From Camelus dromedarius (taxonomy: Eukaryota): DNA of 64,000 nt. Position numbers and translations under genes: made by a program. This document shows positions 51,300 through 63,563 of the stretch, one piece after another; positions within the stretch are counted from its first letter, which is position 1; the number at the start of each line of letters is the position of its first letter. A model generated the notes under the pieces. That model had not been told where the DNA came from, did no database searches, and saw only the letters and a program-made list of their open reading frames with translations. The stretch lies in assembly GCF_036321535.1 (NCBI RefSeq), contig NC_087438.1, forward strand, positions 3,598,001 to 3,662,000. The letters run 5' to 3'.

Positions 51300-52630
51300 T
51301 CCCTGAGCAAGGGTGTCTGGGAAGTTTGCGGAGACTACAGATTTGAGAATGCCTTCTAGCATCATGATTGGTTGGTAGCTTGTATGGAATTTTCCTCTGG
51401 GATCATTTTCCTGTAGGCTTTTGAAGGCTTGCTTTCTGGTCTCTAGGGTTCTAGGTCTCTGGATTATTGTTTAAGTCTGAAGCCATTCTGACTCCAGGTT
51501 CTTTGTGACTTTTAAAAAAAATTTTTCTCTCATTCTTACAGGATCTTTGCTTTGTCTCTGATGATCTGAAGTTTTGTGCTGATGTTTCATGGTTTGGATC
51601 CTGTTTGTATCCATTTGCTGTGCTCTTTCTGGAAACTTCTGGCTTCAGTTCTGGGGTTTTCTTCTTGAATACCAGCAGTGTTTCTTTAGCGACCGCCCCA
51701 TCTCTTCCGTCTCTGTCTCTCTCTCTCTCTCTCTCTCTGTCTCGCAGGGCGCAGGAGACTCCTTGCGCTGACACTCCGATTGTTTCTATTTTTGCTCTTC
51801 CCCTGTCTGTTTTACTTTATTTTGGAGGGCTTTTTTTTTTTCAACTTTACCATCAAATGTTCTGAGTCTTTTATTTTGCTTTCCTGTTTTTAATTTAGTT
51901 ATAATAAACAGTTTTACTGAAGTATAATTCACATGCCATAAACTTTATACTCTTAAGATGTACAACTCAGTAGTTTTTAGTATTTGCACAGTCAAGCAAC
52001 CCAGTCAGCAGTGTGTAATTATAAACCATGTTTATCCTGCCCCTGTGCCCCCGCCAAGAAACCCCTTAAGTTTCGGCAGTCATTCCCTCCCCCGGCGCCC
52101 AAGTCCTGGGCAGTCGCTTACCTGCTTCCTGGCTCTCTGGATTTGCCTGCTGTGGATGGTTCATATGGATGGGGTCATACAGGAGCCTTTTGTGACTGGC
52201 TTCTTTTGCTTAGTGTGTTTTCAAGGTCCATCCATGTTGTAGCTCGTGCCATCCATTCCTGTTCATCATCGGTCAGTCCCGTCGTGTGGCTATCTGACGT
52301 TTTGTGTATCTGTCCGTCAGCTGCTGACCCACCCCTTTATCAGTTGACACTTAATTGATTTCCACTTTTTGGCTGGTGTGAGGAAATGCTGCCATGAACC
52401 AGAGTGGACGAGTTTACGGGCAAGTGTTTCCACTTCTCCTGGGTGTATACCTGGGAATGAAATTGCTTCTTGTATAGTTAGCTGTTTACCACTTTTTGTT
52501 TGTTTGTTTACCATTTTGAAGAGCTGCCAGATTATTTTCCACAGCAGTTGCACCTTTCATATTCCACTGGCAGTGTATGAGGGGTCCAGTTTCTCCACGG
52601 CTTCATTTTGATTTTAGCCATCCTAGTGGG
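51300..52630 (-). mobile_element. Old L1M fragments (ORF1-like relic, plus an L1MB-like 3' end from ~51900)
   Basis: Minus-strand HKEPGVRMASDL resembles L1 ORF1; gttttactgaagtataattcacatgccataaa ... cattttgattttagccatcctagtgggtgt. Confidence 0.65.
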
Positions 52631-55233
52631 TGTTTGTTTTTAATTTAAAAAAGATTTCTAAGAACTCTGAATATTTCTTTTAAAGACAGCTGCTGTTCTT
52701 GTTTCTTGAATATAACATTTATCTCAGATCATATTAATATTTTTAAAGTTATGTTTTAAGTTTTTATTTCGTCTGAGTGCTTTGGCTCATTTTGTTTTGG
52801 TCCCTCATGCTACAGGGTTTCTCTCTGATGTTTGGAAATCCTTGATTGTTTGTTCTCATTAGAAGCAGTGGCTAATACGGTGGTTGGAGACACCTAGTGT
52901 GTGGGGCTTTGGGGCCCTGAGCTTCACGTCAGTACCTTTAGATCTTGTCTCCAGGCTGGTCAGATTTCTTCAGAAAACCTGCTTCTAAGTGTCCCGCCTT
53001 GAGGGCAAAAGGGTTGGCTGGCACTGTCTGGGAGCTGAATGGCGAGAAGCAGGTGGTCAGTGTCAGGGCGTGTGCGTGGGTGTACCTTGTCCCTCTGTCT
53101 TTGGTGCATTCCACCTGCCCCATGTGTTCACAGTGTCCCAGGCAGAGAACTTCAGAAAGCAGACCTTCTGCTGCTTGAGGGAGGAGCAGTTTCCTAGAGG
53201 CAGAGCAGAGGCGGGCATTTGAGGATTAAACGCTTTTACCAAAAAGCTTGCAACTAGTTGCCATTTTAGTGCCCACCTTCCCCGCCTCCCGCCTTTCCAA
53301 GGAACCTGTTTCTTCCACTCTTGTTGAAGTTTTTTGCAGTATAAACTGAGAATTGACTGGTTTGTCGTCGTCCCCCACCTGCCCCACCCCTGGTTCTCCT
53401 GGGTCTGCTAAATCAGTATTCTCAGATCTGCTTTCCTGTTTCCATTTCTGTTTTATCCTGTTCTCATCCTTTGGGGGAAAATAAATCCTGACTTTAGTTT
53501 TAGGTGGTTTTAGGGAGGGAGTAAAAACAGTTGCATTATTACCCTCTCTGGTTAGAAATCTGCTATGTAGAATTTATTATGTACATAATGAAAGATTTTT
53601 TTTTTTATGTGGAAAGCCAGATACACTAAAGCTATTGAATAGTCCATTCATTGCCCTTTTCACATACATTGTTCAGAGTCCCTACTGTACACAAGAATAA
53701 ATTCTAGAATAAAGATAGGAATTTAAAAAGGCATAAAAGTAATAGAATTAACATATAGAAGAATCCTTATATTTTAGCATCTTAGGTGGGGCAGAACTTT
53801 CTAAATATATCAGGAAACCAACATTTAAAAAATTAACTATGTAAATATTTAAAACTTCTGTATTCATATGTGGTTTTATTTTAATGACCACTTGACAAAC
53901 ATGCACATATATTTGTATATATGTATATTAGTAACATTTGACAAGATGTTACTATCCCTCATATACTGTAGCTAATAAAAAAAGTACAGCCACACCAATG
54001 AGCAAATCATACCAAGGGGCTATTACTGCAAGAAAAACTGTGACTGGTCAGAAGAGATAAGGATGGTTTCTCAGTCTTGTGAAGAAATACGAGTGAAAAA
54101 TATGGCTCTAAGATTATCAAAGCTCCCAACCATCACCAGTGCAGGGAACCTATTTGGACTTTATCCTAAGGAAAAATAAAAGTGTCTCCCAGAGGATCGG
54201 GCAAGGAATGCATTGCCTGTTGTTAGTAAAGGCTGAACAGGATCTAAATGGTCTTTGGTGGAGAGTTGGTGAATTAAGTACATCCAAATGTATTTTCAAT
54301 GTGCAGTAACAGTTCTGAAAGGATATATGCAAAAAGTATGAGTGATTTTTGACAGGTGATGGGATCATAAGAGCATATACTTCTTACTTTATATGCTTTA
54401 ATGTGTAGATTATTTTCTCAACAAATAACGTTACATGTATGACTGCAAAGAAAATGCACATATTACCATGAAGGGAAGTATCTGTATAATTCTCAAAATC
54501 AATCAGATTATCTAGTAAAAGATATTTTGGGAATAACTAGTGAAAAATAAGTTCTTATTTCTGAAGTATTTAACAGTGAAAAAAGGAGGCATTCAAGGGA
54601 AAAGTCACTTAAAAGAGAAAAAAAATCTGTTCATTTTTAAATTTTAGGAGCATTTTGAACAATGTAACTAATGTTTTCCCTGTCAAGTTGGTAGCAGTAA
54701 TTTGGAGCCCAATTTGTAGTTGGTCCCTGAAGTGTAGTATAGCTCTTTATAAAATAAGTTTTTCACTTAATTACAACCCCTTTTTAATATGCGCTTTTGT
54801 CTTTCCTATGTTATTTTTATCTTTGCTGGTTTTTTTTTTTAATAATTTGTGTGTCTTTCTGGATTGTCTGAAATCCGTCCAGAAATGATGAGGGTTGACG
54901 TGTAGACTGATGGTTAGTAGCAGGGAGTGAACTAGAGTCGTGAGTGTTTGCTGAGCGCTCGCTGTGAAGAAGCGCGTGCAGTCAGGGCGTCTGTGTCGCT
55001 GACTGCCTTGTTGGAGCGTCATTCGGATGAAGATTCAGAGAGGGACAGCCTGGGCTCGGGGCTGCACAGAATACGTCTGAGTTTACACACAACATAAATG
55101 TTAGATTTACGTATTTCTGTGTTTAATGTAGTGAGTAGTATGTTTATATTTTATAATAAATGTTCCATAAAAATTACATATAAAGTAATGTATATTATAA
55201 AAGCAAATAGCTAACTGTATTTTTTTCTTTCAG

Positions 55234-55292
55234 AATTTAAATGAATATGTTGAAGCATTAATTACCTTGAAGCAAAAAATCATTAATACAGA
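55234..55292 (+). CDS. ICE1: ICE1 coding exon 2 (NLNEYVEALITLKQKIINT-D), 59 nt
   Basis: Acceptor ttttttctttcag|AAT with upstream ctaac branch motif; donor GA|gtgagt; continues the exon 1 frame. Confidence 0.95.
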
Positions 55293-55880
55293 GTGAGTAT
55301 GTTTTCATGTGTTTGGCTGGACTCCACGAACCCGACATACCGGCGGGAGCAGGTGGTGGTGGTAGAGCCTCGGGCTGAAAGGGGGACTGGGGTTGCTCAC
55401 CTGGGGCCTGGGTGGTGTGGGTTCGAGTGAAACCACTCTGGGGCCACCTGCGCAGGAGCCCCTGGTCTTGGTGCTCAGGCTTTACAAGGCTCAGGGTTAG
55501 GACGTGATTTTTGCTAAACTGTAATTTTTTTTTTAAACTGTTGTCTATCTTTAAAGTCTTCTTAGCTTTAGGACTGGACCTCAGATTTCCTTGTAGTACT
55601 TCATGGCCTTGGTATGAGGGTGTTTTTATTTTAATCCTATAAAAGTCAAAGGAATTTATAGGCTAAGATATTATTTAGATCAAAGGTATTTTAAATTAAA
55701 AGCTCATATATCAGTGCAGTGCTTTAAAGGAATTTAACATGATACATGTTACATTAATTAAACATAAATTTGTTGCAGGAAACTTGGGATGAAAGGAGCC
55801 TGGCACATTTTGAAACATGATTTTAACAGAGTATATTTTCAGGATTAAGAAAAGTAACATAAATCTTTTCTTTGTTGCAG

Positions 55881-55915
55881 TAATTTGTTAACAGAATATC
55901 AGAAGAAATGTGATG
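55881..55915 (+). CDS. ICE1: ICE1 coding exon 3 (NLLTEYQKKCD-E), 35 nt
   Basis: Acceptor tttgttgcag|T; ends at the U12 donor G|ATATCCTTT; frame consistent with flanking exons. Confidence 0.92.
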
Positions 55916-58142
55916 ATATCCTTTTACTGGCTTTTCCTTTGAAGTTTTAAGAATTCATAGAAATGTGAGAATTTTCATGGTCATCTTTCCAAAGGCAGTG
56001 TTTTCAGGCTTAATGTAGGAAGTCCCTCTTGCAGGCACAGTAAGCAGCTGGTTTTCTGTTAACACGTGTTAATGATAAAGGCTGTTCTACGGTGCATTTT
56101 GTTTTTGTCTTTGATTTGATTTTTTTTAAGGACTCATAAGCTTTTTAAAGAGCAATTTTTGTTTGTTTGGTTTTTTGTATTGCAGATGTGACTGTTCTTC
56201 AGGGTTAGGAATAATGTTAGACTGAATATGGTGCTGTGAGACAGTTAGGGATCTCTGAAGTGCATTGTAGAAGTATTCAAGATGTTTGAAAATTAACTTT
56301 TGTTAATCAGTTTTGTAATTGTGGAGAATTAACGAGTATATCCAAATCACAGTGTAGTTTCTCATCCATACGACGGCCCCGGGGCTCAGTCGGCGTTCGT
56401 TGAGTTTGGCTGTGTGGAGCCCCTGTAGTGCAGCAGGCCTCTGTGTTTTCCTGGTGGAGTGAAAACCGGGTGTGTAATTGCTTCTTCCTCACCTTGTGGT
56501 GATGCGTACCTGAATTAAATCTCTCCCGTAACAGTAAACATACATTTTTAGGGATTTTAGGAACAAGCTGACTTGCAGCTCCAGCTTCGTATTACAGCCC
56601 CCTGTGCTATTCACTTGGGCGGTAGCCTGAGGCCTGCTTCAGTGTGATTTCTGGCGCCCTTAAACTTACTTACATGCGATCACCAGTCATCGGTGTTGGT
56701 ACCATCGTATCTAATTTGTGTGATTAGAGTAATAAAATCAAGATGTAGCATGTAGATTTATCTTTAGTATCTGAATTTTTACATTCAAAAAAATAGGTCA
56801 TTGAAAATCTCTCGTGCTTTGTTTGTTGAAACTGCCAGTCTGTTTAATTATAAGTGCATGTTACTGCAAGAGTAATAGTTTTGATTTTGAAAGCTGTACA
56901 GAAGTAGTTCTTAGAAACATTTTTAATTAGCTAAACAGGGAAATAGATAAACAGTTAAGAGAATATGTGTTCATTATATCCTCTTGGAATAAATAGTATG
57001 AATGTTTTAAGGTAATTACACCTGTAATCTGGCAGGGAAACCTTTGATTTACTTTGCTAAAATGTGACTGCAAAATCTTAAAGTCAGAATTATTAGAATA
57101 ATTTATTACAAATTGCCAAAACATTTTGATTATTCTTGAATTCTCATTCTGTAATGTGGTCATCTATTTTAGCTTCAACTGCAAGTAAATACTGATTTTT
57201 TTTCTAAATACAGTTGGCTTTTGCCCACCATATGTGTTTGTTGTACCTCAAGCGTGCGGTTGTTTGCTCTACATCCTGAGGTGCTGGCGCTGAGGGTTAA
57301 CGTGGCTTCTTATGTGAATTGATTTCTCACTCTTATGTAATTCTGACGTGTTTATTAGTTCTTCTTTCTTCAGGACAGAGTATATTTTATTTTGTCAGAT
57401 TTTTTTTTAACTTTTCTTCCTTGCAAAGACTGCAGGGATGTGGGATGAGCAAAATAGACTCCTTAACCCTGAGAAGTTTACATTCTATGGAGGCGGGTTC
57501 AGGTGTGCTGTGACCAACAGACAGCTGTCTCCTGCGACATGAGTAGGGTTGTATAGGAGAGGAAGCTTAAAGGAATGGTTTTTTGCCGCCTTAGAACATT
57601 TTACTGGCAGCATGATGAGAAATGAAGTTTTATCAGATTGTGCAAACTGTACAAGTAAAAGGTTGTCTAGATTTTATGTTCTCTCTGTTATTTATTTTCT
57701 CGTTGCTCATTAAATGTAGATGTATATGGTTTTAGTGAATACATAACTCTTTTCTGCTGAAATTACGCTGTGGACTGAGAAATGAAGGGTGGGTTGTTTG
57801 GGTATTCTGATGTATACAGGATTCAAGGTAGTTTCCACCGGTTGCATATTACTTTGTCTTTATTCTTGGAATTTACTATGAATCATATATTTGACCAAGA
57901 CTTTCTTAACTTAGAGAAATAGATATTTTGACTTTTGGTACATGTTATGATAAATAGGGGTAACTCAGTAAGAAGCTTTATTGCTATGTTACAGATGGAA
58001 CTTTGAATGTTGTTTTTTAGGAATTATGATCTTGCCTGTATGTGTATTTAACACAGATTATTACAGATGGTTTTAAGTGGGTTTTTTCTTCAGACAAATT
58101 CCAGCAGATTAAACTATCAGAGTTTTCTTTAACAAGTTTTAC
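55916..58142 (+). other. ICE1: U12-type (minor spliceosome) AT-AC intron 3 of ICE1
   Basis: 5' end ATATCCTTT (U12 consensus); branch motif TTCTTTAAC at 58125-58133; terminal AC at 58141-58142; only this join restores the frame (CDE-LQFARR). Confidence 0.92.
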
Positions 58143-58161
58143 AGCTGCAGTTTGCAAGAAG
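58143..58161 (+). CDS. ICE1: ICE1 coding exon 4, 19-nt microexon (E-LQFAR-R)
   Basis: ac|AGCTGCAGTTTGCAAGAAG|gtaagc; required to link the phase-1 end of exon 3 to the phase-2 start of exon 5. Confidence 0.9.
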
Positions 58162-58898
58162 GTAAGCTACCTGTTTTCATAGTCGATTTGGGGGAGATGT
58201 TTACAGACTAGGTTTTTACAGAGATTCAACAAAGTGCCACATAGAATTGACCCAATGTTTAGGATGTTTCTTTGATGCTCATAATAAAACAAGATTCACA
58301 TTTTCCTTACTATTAAATTGTCCAGGTGAATTTCTCACTAAGGTCTTAAATTGCAGCCTAGAGTTTTACCTTTCAGTAACTTACTGACGTGTGGCCTTTG
58401 GGGTGAAGCTTATTGCTGTCTCTGAATTCAGCTCTTTAATGTAGCTGTTTTTTGTGCATATTTTAAACAATTTAAAAGTCCTGTGTAGAATTCAGTAGTG
58501 TTTTATACTCTGATTGCATTTATCACTTAGAAGGCAAAACATGGTTATAAACTGAATCACAAAATTGCCCGTCATTTAATTTGAATCAGTGGTTGGAAGA
58601 GCCAAATTACTTGGCAGATTGTTCTTCAATGTATTTTTCAGCAGATTGAGAATCTATTGTATTTGTTTCTCAAGTGGCTTTTTGATGTACTTTTATTAGA
58701 AACAGAATATAATGACAAAGAAATAAAGAGGGATATGCAAATCATTTTGGTATAGAGAGGATGCCTTGAAAAAGAGAGATTCTTTTCTTTCTTTTTTGTT
58801 TTCAGGTAGAAATAAAATCCAAACTCACCAGTAGATGTATTTGATAACTCACTGGAGGTACTTTTGTAGTGTAACGTTAATGTATTGTCCATTTCTAG

Positions 58899-59010
58899 AG
58901 AGAATAGTACTCTGCATCACCAAGTGGAACAGATGCTTCAAAAAATTTCTCCTCTGCAGAAATGTCAGGAAGAACTAGGATCTTTAAAAGCAGAGCTAGA
59001 AGAGAAAAAG
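58899..59010 (+). CDS. ICE1: ICE1 coding exon 5 (ENSTLHHQVEQMLQKISPLQKCQEELGSLKAELEEKK), 112 nt
   Basis: Acceptor tttctag|A, donor AAG|gtacct; lies within ORF 58885..59076; coiled-coil composition. Confidence 0.95.
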
Positions 59011-59819
59011 GTACCTAAAGTAATTTTTCTACAAAGGATTATCTTCAATAAATTACAGTCTACTTATTTATTATAATTGGGATAAGGGGACGTTCTACGT
59101 CTTAACAAAGGGAGTAAACGATAGGACTCTGTGTATTATTATACTTAGAGAATATTGAACTGGTTGAAATGGCTTGGTCCTTGCAGGAATTATTAGCTCT
59201 GTAATGCTGTATTAGTTGCTTACGCTTTTTGAGAGGTTCGGTAGAGGAACCTCTCAGCAGTGAATTTTTATGACTGTGTCCTGTATCAGTTGCCTTTTCA
59301 CACTTTTCTTCCTCTAAGTGTAAAATGACATGCGGAAGTGCAAACTTGAAGTTAGAGACATCGTGTTCTACATTTCAAAATCAAGTCACGGTGAAACAGT
59401 TATTTTAAATGCTGTAAACTTATTTTTTAAATATAAATTTTGGTTTTCTCTTTACTGGAATTCTTTAAGGAGAATTCATGGCTTTTGTAGTTTTAAAAAA
59501 AAAATTCTGAAGTCAATAAAGTTAGATAGTTTGCATGAGACAAGTCATAGCCAAGCTGGAATGATTCCTGGCTTCTCGACCTATTTTCTGAGCTCTTTTC
59601 ATGATAGTATTTGTGCTTCTCATCTTCAAATTGTGCCATTTTAGTAATGCCATGGACATCTCTGAGGCTTAAATACTTTAGCAGGGGTTGATTTTCCTGT
59701 TTCTGTAGAAAGTCTTTATTGTATATTTAACTCTACAGTAAAAGTTACAGAAACAATCACAATGTTGAATTTTATTTACTTCTGATTATAAAATAATCTT
59801 ACCAGCCATACCTGAGAGC

Positions 59820-60770
59820 AAGCATGAACATTGGAGTCAGACTTGAAAGACTGTCAGTCCTTCACTGTGACTTTCAAAGAATAAGTCAGCTTCTGAATCC
59901 TCAGACCCCTCATCTGTAAAAGGGGGTCATAATTAAAGCCCTTTTCTCAGAGCTGTGGCGACTGAAGAACTGTCATATCACAAGACACTGTCATAGGCTC
60001 CCCGAGCGTCCTTCCTGTTCCACAGGGGCCGCAGGGTGTACATACTGATTGGTGTTAACGGGTAATGATTTGTTTTATATTTTTGCATAGTAGTGATATT
60101 ATTTATTAAGCTGTGAAATTTCTTTAGGTTTTGTTGAATTGTAATTGGTTGCGACAAAAATATTAGCTATTCAATATTATGAAGATTTGGAGTTACCTTG
60201 TGATTAGTGTATTTTAAGTTTTACAGCTCTGTTTGATTAGACTGTTAGTCATACTACCTCTGTTAAGGATCTGGTTATATCCAGTCGTTCAGTGAATTAT
60301 ACTTTGGCTTCCTGCCTAATCATGTTTATTCATTTGGTTAATTTCATAGTGTTAAGTTATAATAATTTAGCCTTTTCAGGTCATAACCAGTTATCACTGA
60401 TGATGAGTGGCTTTTAAGTTGATAATACACATTTCTTCCTTTTTCAGAGTTCTCTGAAGTTGTACCAGAACACTCATCAGGAATATGCTCGTGTGAAAGA
60501 GGAATGCTTGAAAACTGATGCTCAGTGAGGATTTTTAAAATTATTGTGGAAATAATTTTCATCTTTGAAAATGTCTAATCCTTAAATCAGTAGTGTTTCT
60601 CTTTTCTCTGTTTTTGGGTTGGTTGTCTGCAATTAATTAACTGGGTGATCTTGACCTAGTCTCTCAGTATTGGATTCCACATCTGTGAAATGGGAACTGT
60701 ACCTACATTGAAGGATCAATAGGAGAGTTAAATAAAGCATGTGTTAAAGAGCTGCTCACAGGAAGGACTG
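59820..60770. mobile_element. Two MIR fragments (~59820-59990 and ~60640-60770) flanking exon 6
   Basis: tggagtcagac...cctcatctgtaaaagggg; ctgggtgatcttgacc...cacatctgtgaaatggga. Confidence 0.55.
60448..60524 (+). CDS. ICE1: ICE1 coding exon 6 (SSLKLYQNTHQEYARVKEECLKTDA-Q), 77 nt
   Basis: Acceptor ttcctttttcag|AGT; donor CA|gtgagg; frame open. Confidence 0.94.
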
Positions 60771-61540
60771 CATGAAAGCTTTTCTGTCTGAATGCCTGCG
60801 CGCACGTGTGTCTGTATTATGTTTTCCTAGAGAAAACAGTTATCTCCTGTCTCTGTACCAGTCCTTTAACAGATGTCATTTGAAATGGGTGTCTTTGTCC
60901 CATTAATAAACAGGGCTGTTCAGAAGAAGTCAGTTGATTGTTTTGCAGTTTAATGCTGTATTCACATTATTTACAGAACTTGTGAGTGACGTGTGCAGTG
61001 GTTTAACGCAGGTGTGATGACACGGTAACTCAGAAACTTTCTCAGGGCTTCTTACCTTCTCTGGCTCAGAAATCTGTCCTAAAACAAGGGCAGTGTTCCA
61101 GCCACTGCCTCCTGTAGAATGGTGGTGTGAACCCTCCCACCCTGTGTGCTCCTAAAAGTAACTTCACCTAATCAGATGCCAGACTGACTCTGGGAGACCA
61201 TCTGGACGCATCAGCTTGGCTCAGAGATGGGGCCACAGCAATTCAGGAAAAGGCCCAGACGTGGCATGTCAGAAAAATGCAGATTTCTGTGATCCACTTT
61301 GTGAACATGTCGCCCTGAACAGCGTGCTGCTCTTTGTGGGGTTCACTCTCCCCTCAGAGCAGTTGCTGGTAATTGTAGTGCTTGTGTGTGATGCTTCTTG
61401 TGGCTGACATTTTCTTTGTTATGTAAATCCCAGTAGTTTTTAAAAAATATGTCCTGGAAATTGTAACATTGAGATTTTTTTTCCTGTTAATTTTTTTTCT
61501 TTCTTCTATACCATTTTAATTTGTAAAATTGTATTCTCAG

Positions 61541-61578
61541 GAAGAAGAAACTAGAAGCCAAGGTGAAGAAGCTGGAAG
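61541..61578 (+). CDS. ICE1: ICE1 coding exon 7 (KKKLEAKVKKLE-E), 38 nt
   Basis: Acceptor attctcag|G; donor AAG|gtaatt; frame consistent. Confidence 0.93.
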
Positions 61579-63480
61579 GTAATTGGCCCTCTGGTTGTCC
61601 ATCTAATGGAATTGGTTGTCTCTGTACACATGGTTGGTAACTGCTGGTAACTGCACAGGATTATAGTGCTTGGTCAGGCTGAGTCCTGGACTGTGGTGGG
61701 GCAGCCCTGGGTGAGTGCATTAGGGCACTGTTAGGAAGAAGTTTGAATACTATTCTCCTCTTGGTTCCTGGATAGTAACGTGGAAATGGTAGAAATGTGG
61801 CAAATCCTGAAGTGTTTGTTCAAAATAATAACAGCCCCTACTTTTACTGTAAAAAGCAGCAACCGATAAAAGGATTGAATTTTAAAAGTTGAGTCTCATG
61901 GGGCATTCTCATTTTTTCCTAAAGAAGTAAGTGGTTAGTAGAAAAGGTTACTGCTTTTGTACTGAGGAGCTGATGTATTTGGATGGTCATGACGCACTCG
62001 TGGAGGGAGTCCCCGGCGACTCCCCACACCCAGGTCGCCGCTTTGTCCCTGGCCCTCTCCCGGCCCCAGCCCTCGGTCAGGGGCTGCTGGCGCACCCTGA
62101 GCAGGCAGAGTGTCTGCTCAGTCCTCCTGGGGCAGCCCAGAGCCCTTCAGGAGCTGACCTCAAGATCCTGTCTTCTGTTTAACCATCTTCGTTGAGCGGT
62201 TGTGACGTGGAAACAGCATCACGCGGAGACGAGCGGGGCCCGGCCGGCCCCCCAGCTGCTCGCCCTCTCCCTGCGGCCTGGGCTTCAGCGCCCTGCCGCT
62301 GCCCCGCTTCCCGAGCCCGCCCCCTGCACGCGGGCTCCCGGCTGCGCTCGGCCTCCTCTGGAGGAGGGAAGGCTCGGTTCTTCTCAGTTCCGGTGTGAAG
62401 TAAGAACTTAAACGAAAGTTGCTGAATATATTTTTAGTCATTAACCTGCCTAGATTCAGCCCAGCTTTTCAGACTTAAACTGTAAATATTTTGCTAACAG
62501 CTTTCCCTCTGACTTGCTCGTCGTGCAGCCTGGGCAGGGCAGTGAGCACTCATGGTGCTCTGTCTAAGGGCTGCCTTCTCTTGCTAGTGTGTGGAGAGAA
62601 GTGTCTATTTAAGGTCATTTTTTAAAGGGATCTAAAATGCCTGTGAGACTATATGAATCTTTTAGAGCAGACTTCCTTTCCAAGTGTGTTTTCCATGTGA
62701 CAAAAATATTTTCCTCCAGTAAGTGATGGGACGTGATAATCGGGTGAAGAAATGCCCGAGCTTGTTAGAGGAGTCAGGAGAGGGCTGTTACTGTGGTGTT
62801 CGTGGGGTTTTGCTTTTCACAGCAATTGTAATGAACGTATTCAGATAAAGTCAGTACTGCTCAGATTCTTAATAGTATATTTGAACCATTCAGTGCCTCA
62901 GAACCAAAAACTCGAGTTAAGAATTTGCTGTAGACCCACAGAAAGGTTATGCAAATAGCTGAACGGTAGACCTGCAATAAAGACACTGGGACTTGGGACT
63001 GTTGGCTTAGGGAGAGGGAGTGCCAGGCAGAAGGAGCAGCAGTATAGAAGCATCCAGAAGACCGCCCCTGCCCCAGATGAAGGGGCCAGTGTGAGCTGTA
63101 CTCGAGGTGAAACCTGGTCCAAGTCTCTGAAACTTCAGTGCTGCTGAGCGTTAAAGAGCAAGGGACCGCGGCCTCTCCCGCTCAAGGCCTGGGCGGCGGG
63201 CTGTTGCCTGACTAGAGTCTGGCTGGCTGGGGTTAGGACTGGAGCGGGTTCTCAGGGCCTGCGGCCGTTCTCTGGTCTCACAGGTAGTGGCCTGGACACA
63301 CACGCTCCTGCACTTCTCCGTGACTCTGACAGTACTGAAGGGACAGCACCTTTTTACAAAACGTGTTTCAATTTCAAGAAACAAAAGCTCTCAGTAGATT
63401 ATTTATTTTGAGCATTTCGTTGACAGTAGTTGTAAATTTGGTAATGATTTTTCTCTCTTCACTGCACGCTTTAAATAAAG

Positions 63481-63563
63481 AGGCTGCCGTCAAGCAAACT
63501 CAGGACTTCAAGCAACTGAGGAATGAAAAGAAAATACTTGAAAAGGAATTTAAGAAGACACAG
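63481..63563 (+). CDS. ICE1: ICE1 coding exon 8 (AAVKQTQDFKQLRNEKKILEKEFKKTQ), 83 nt
   Basis: Weak aaag| acceptor fixed by frame; donor CAG|gtaata; within ORF 63363..63761. Confidence 0.92.

Noticed and set aside
56008..56045. Cryptic 32-nt U2-type exon (ttttcag|...|gtaagc) just inside the minor intron
   Set aside because: Short pyrimidine tract and no compatible upstream U2 donor unless exon 3 is skipped; such motifs arise by chance
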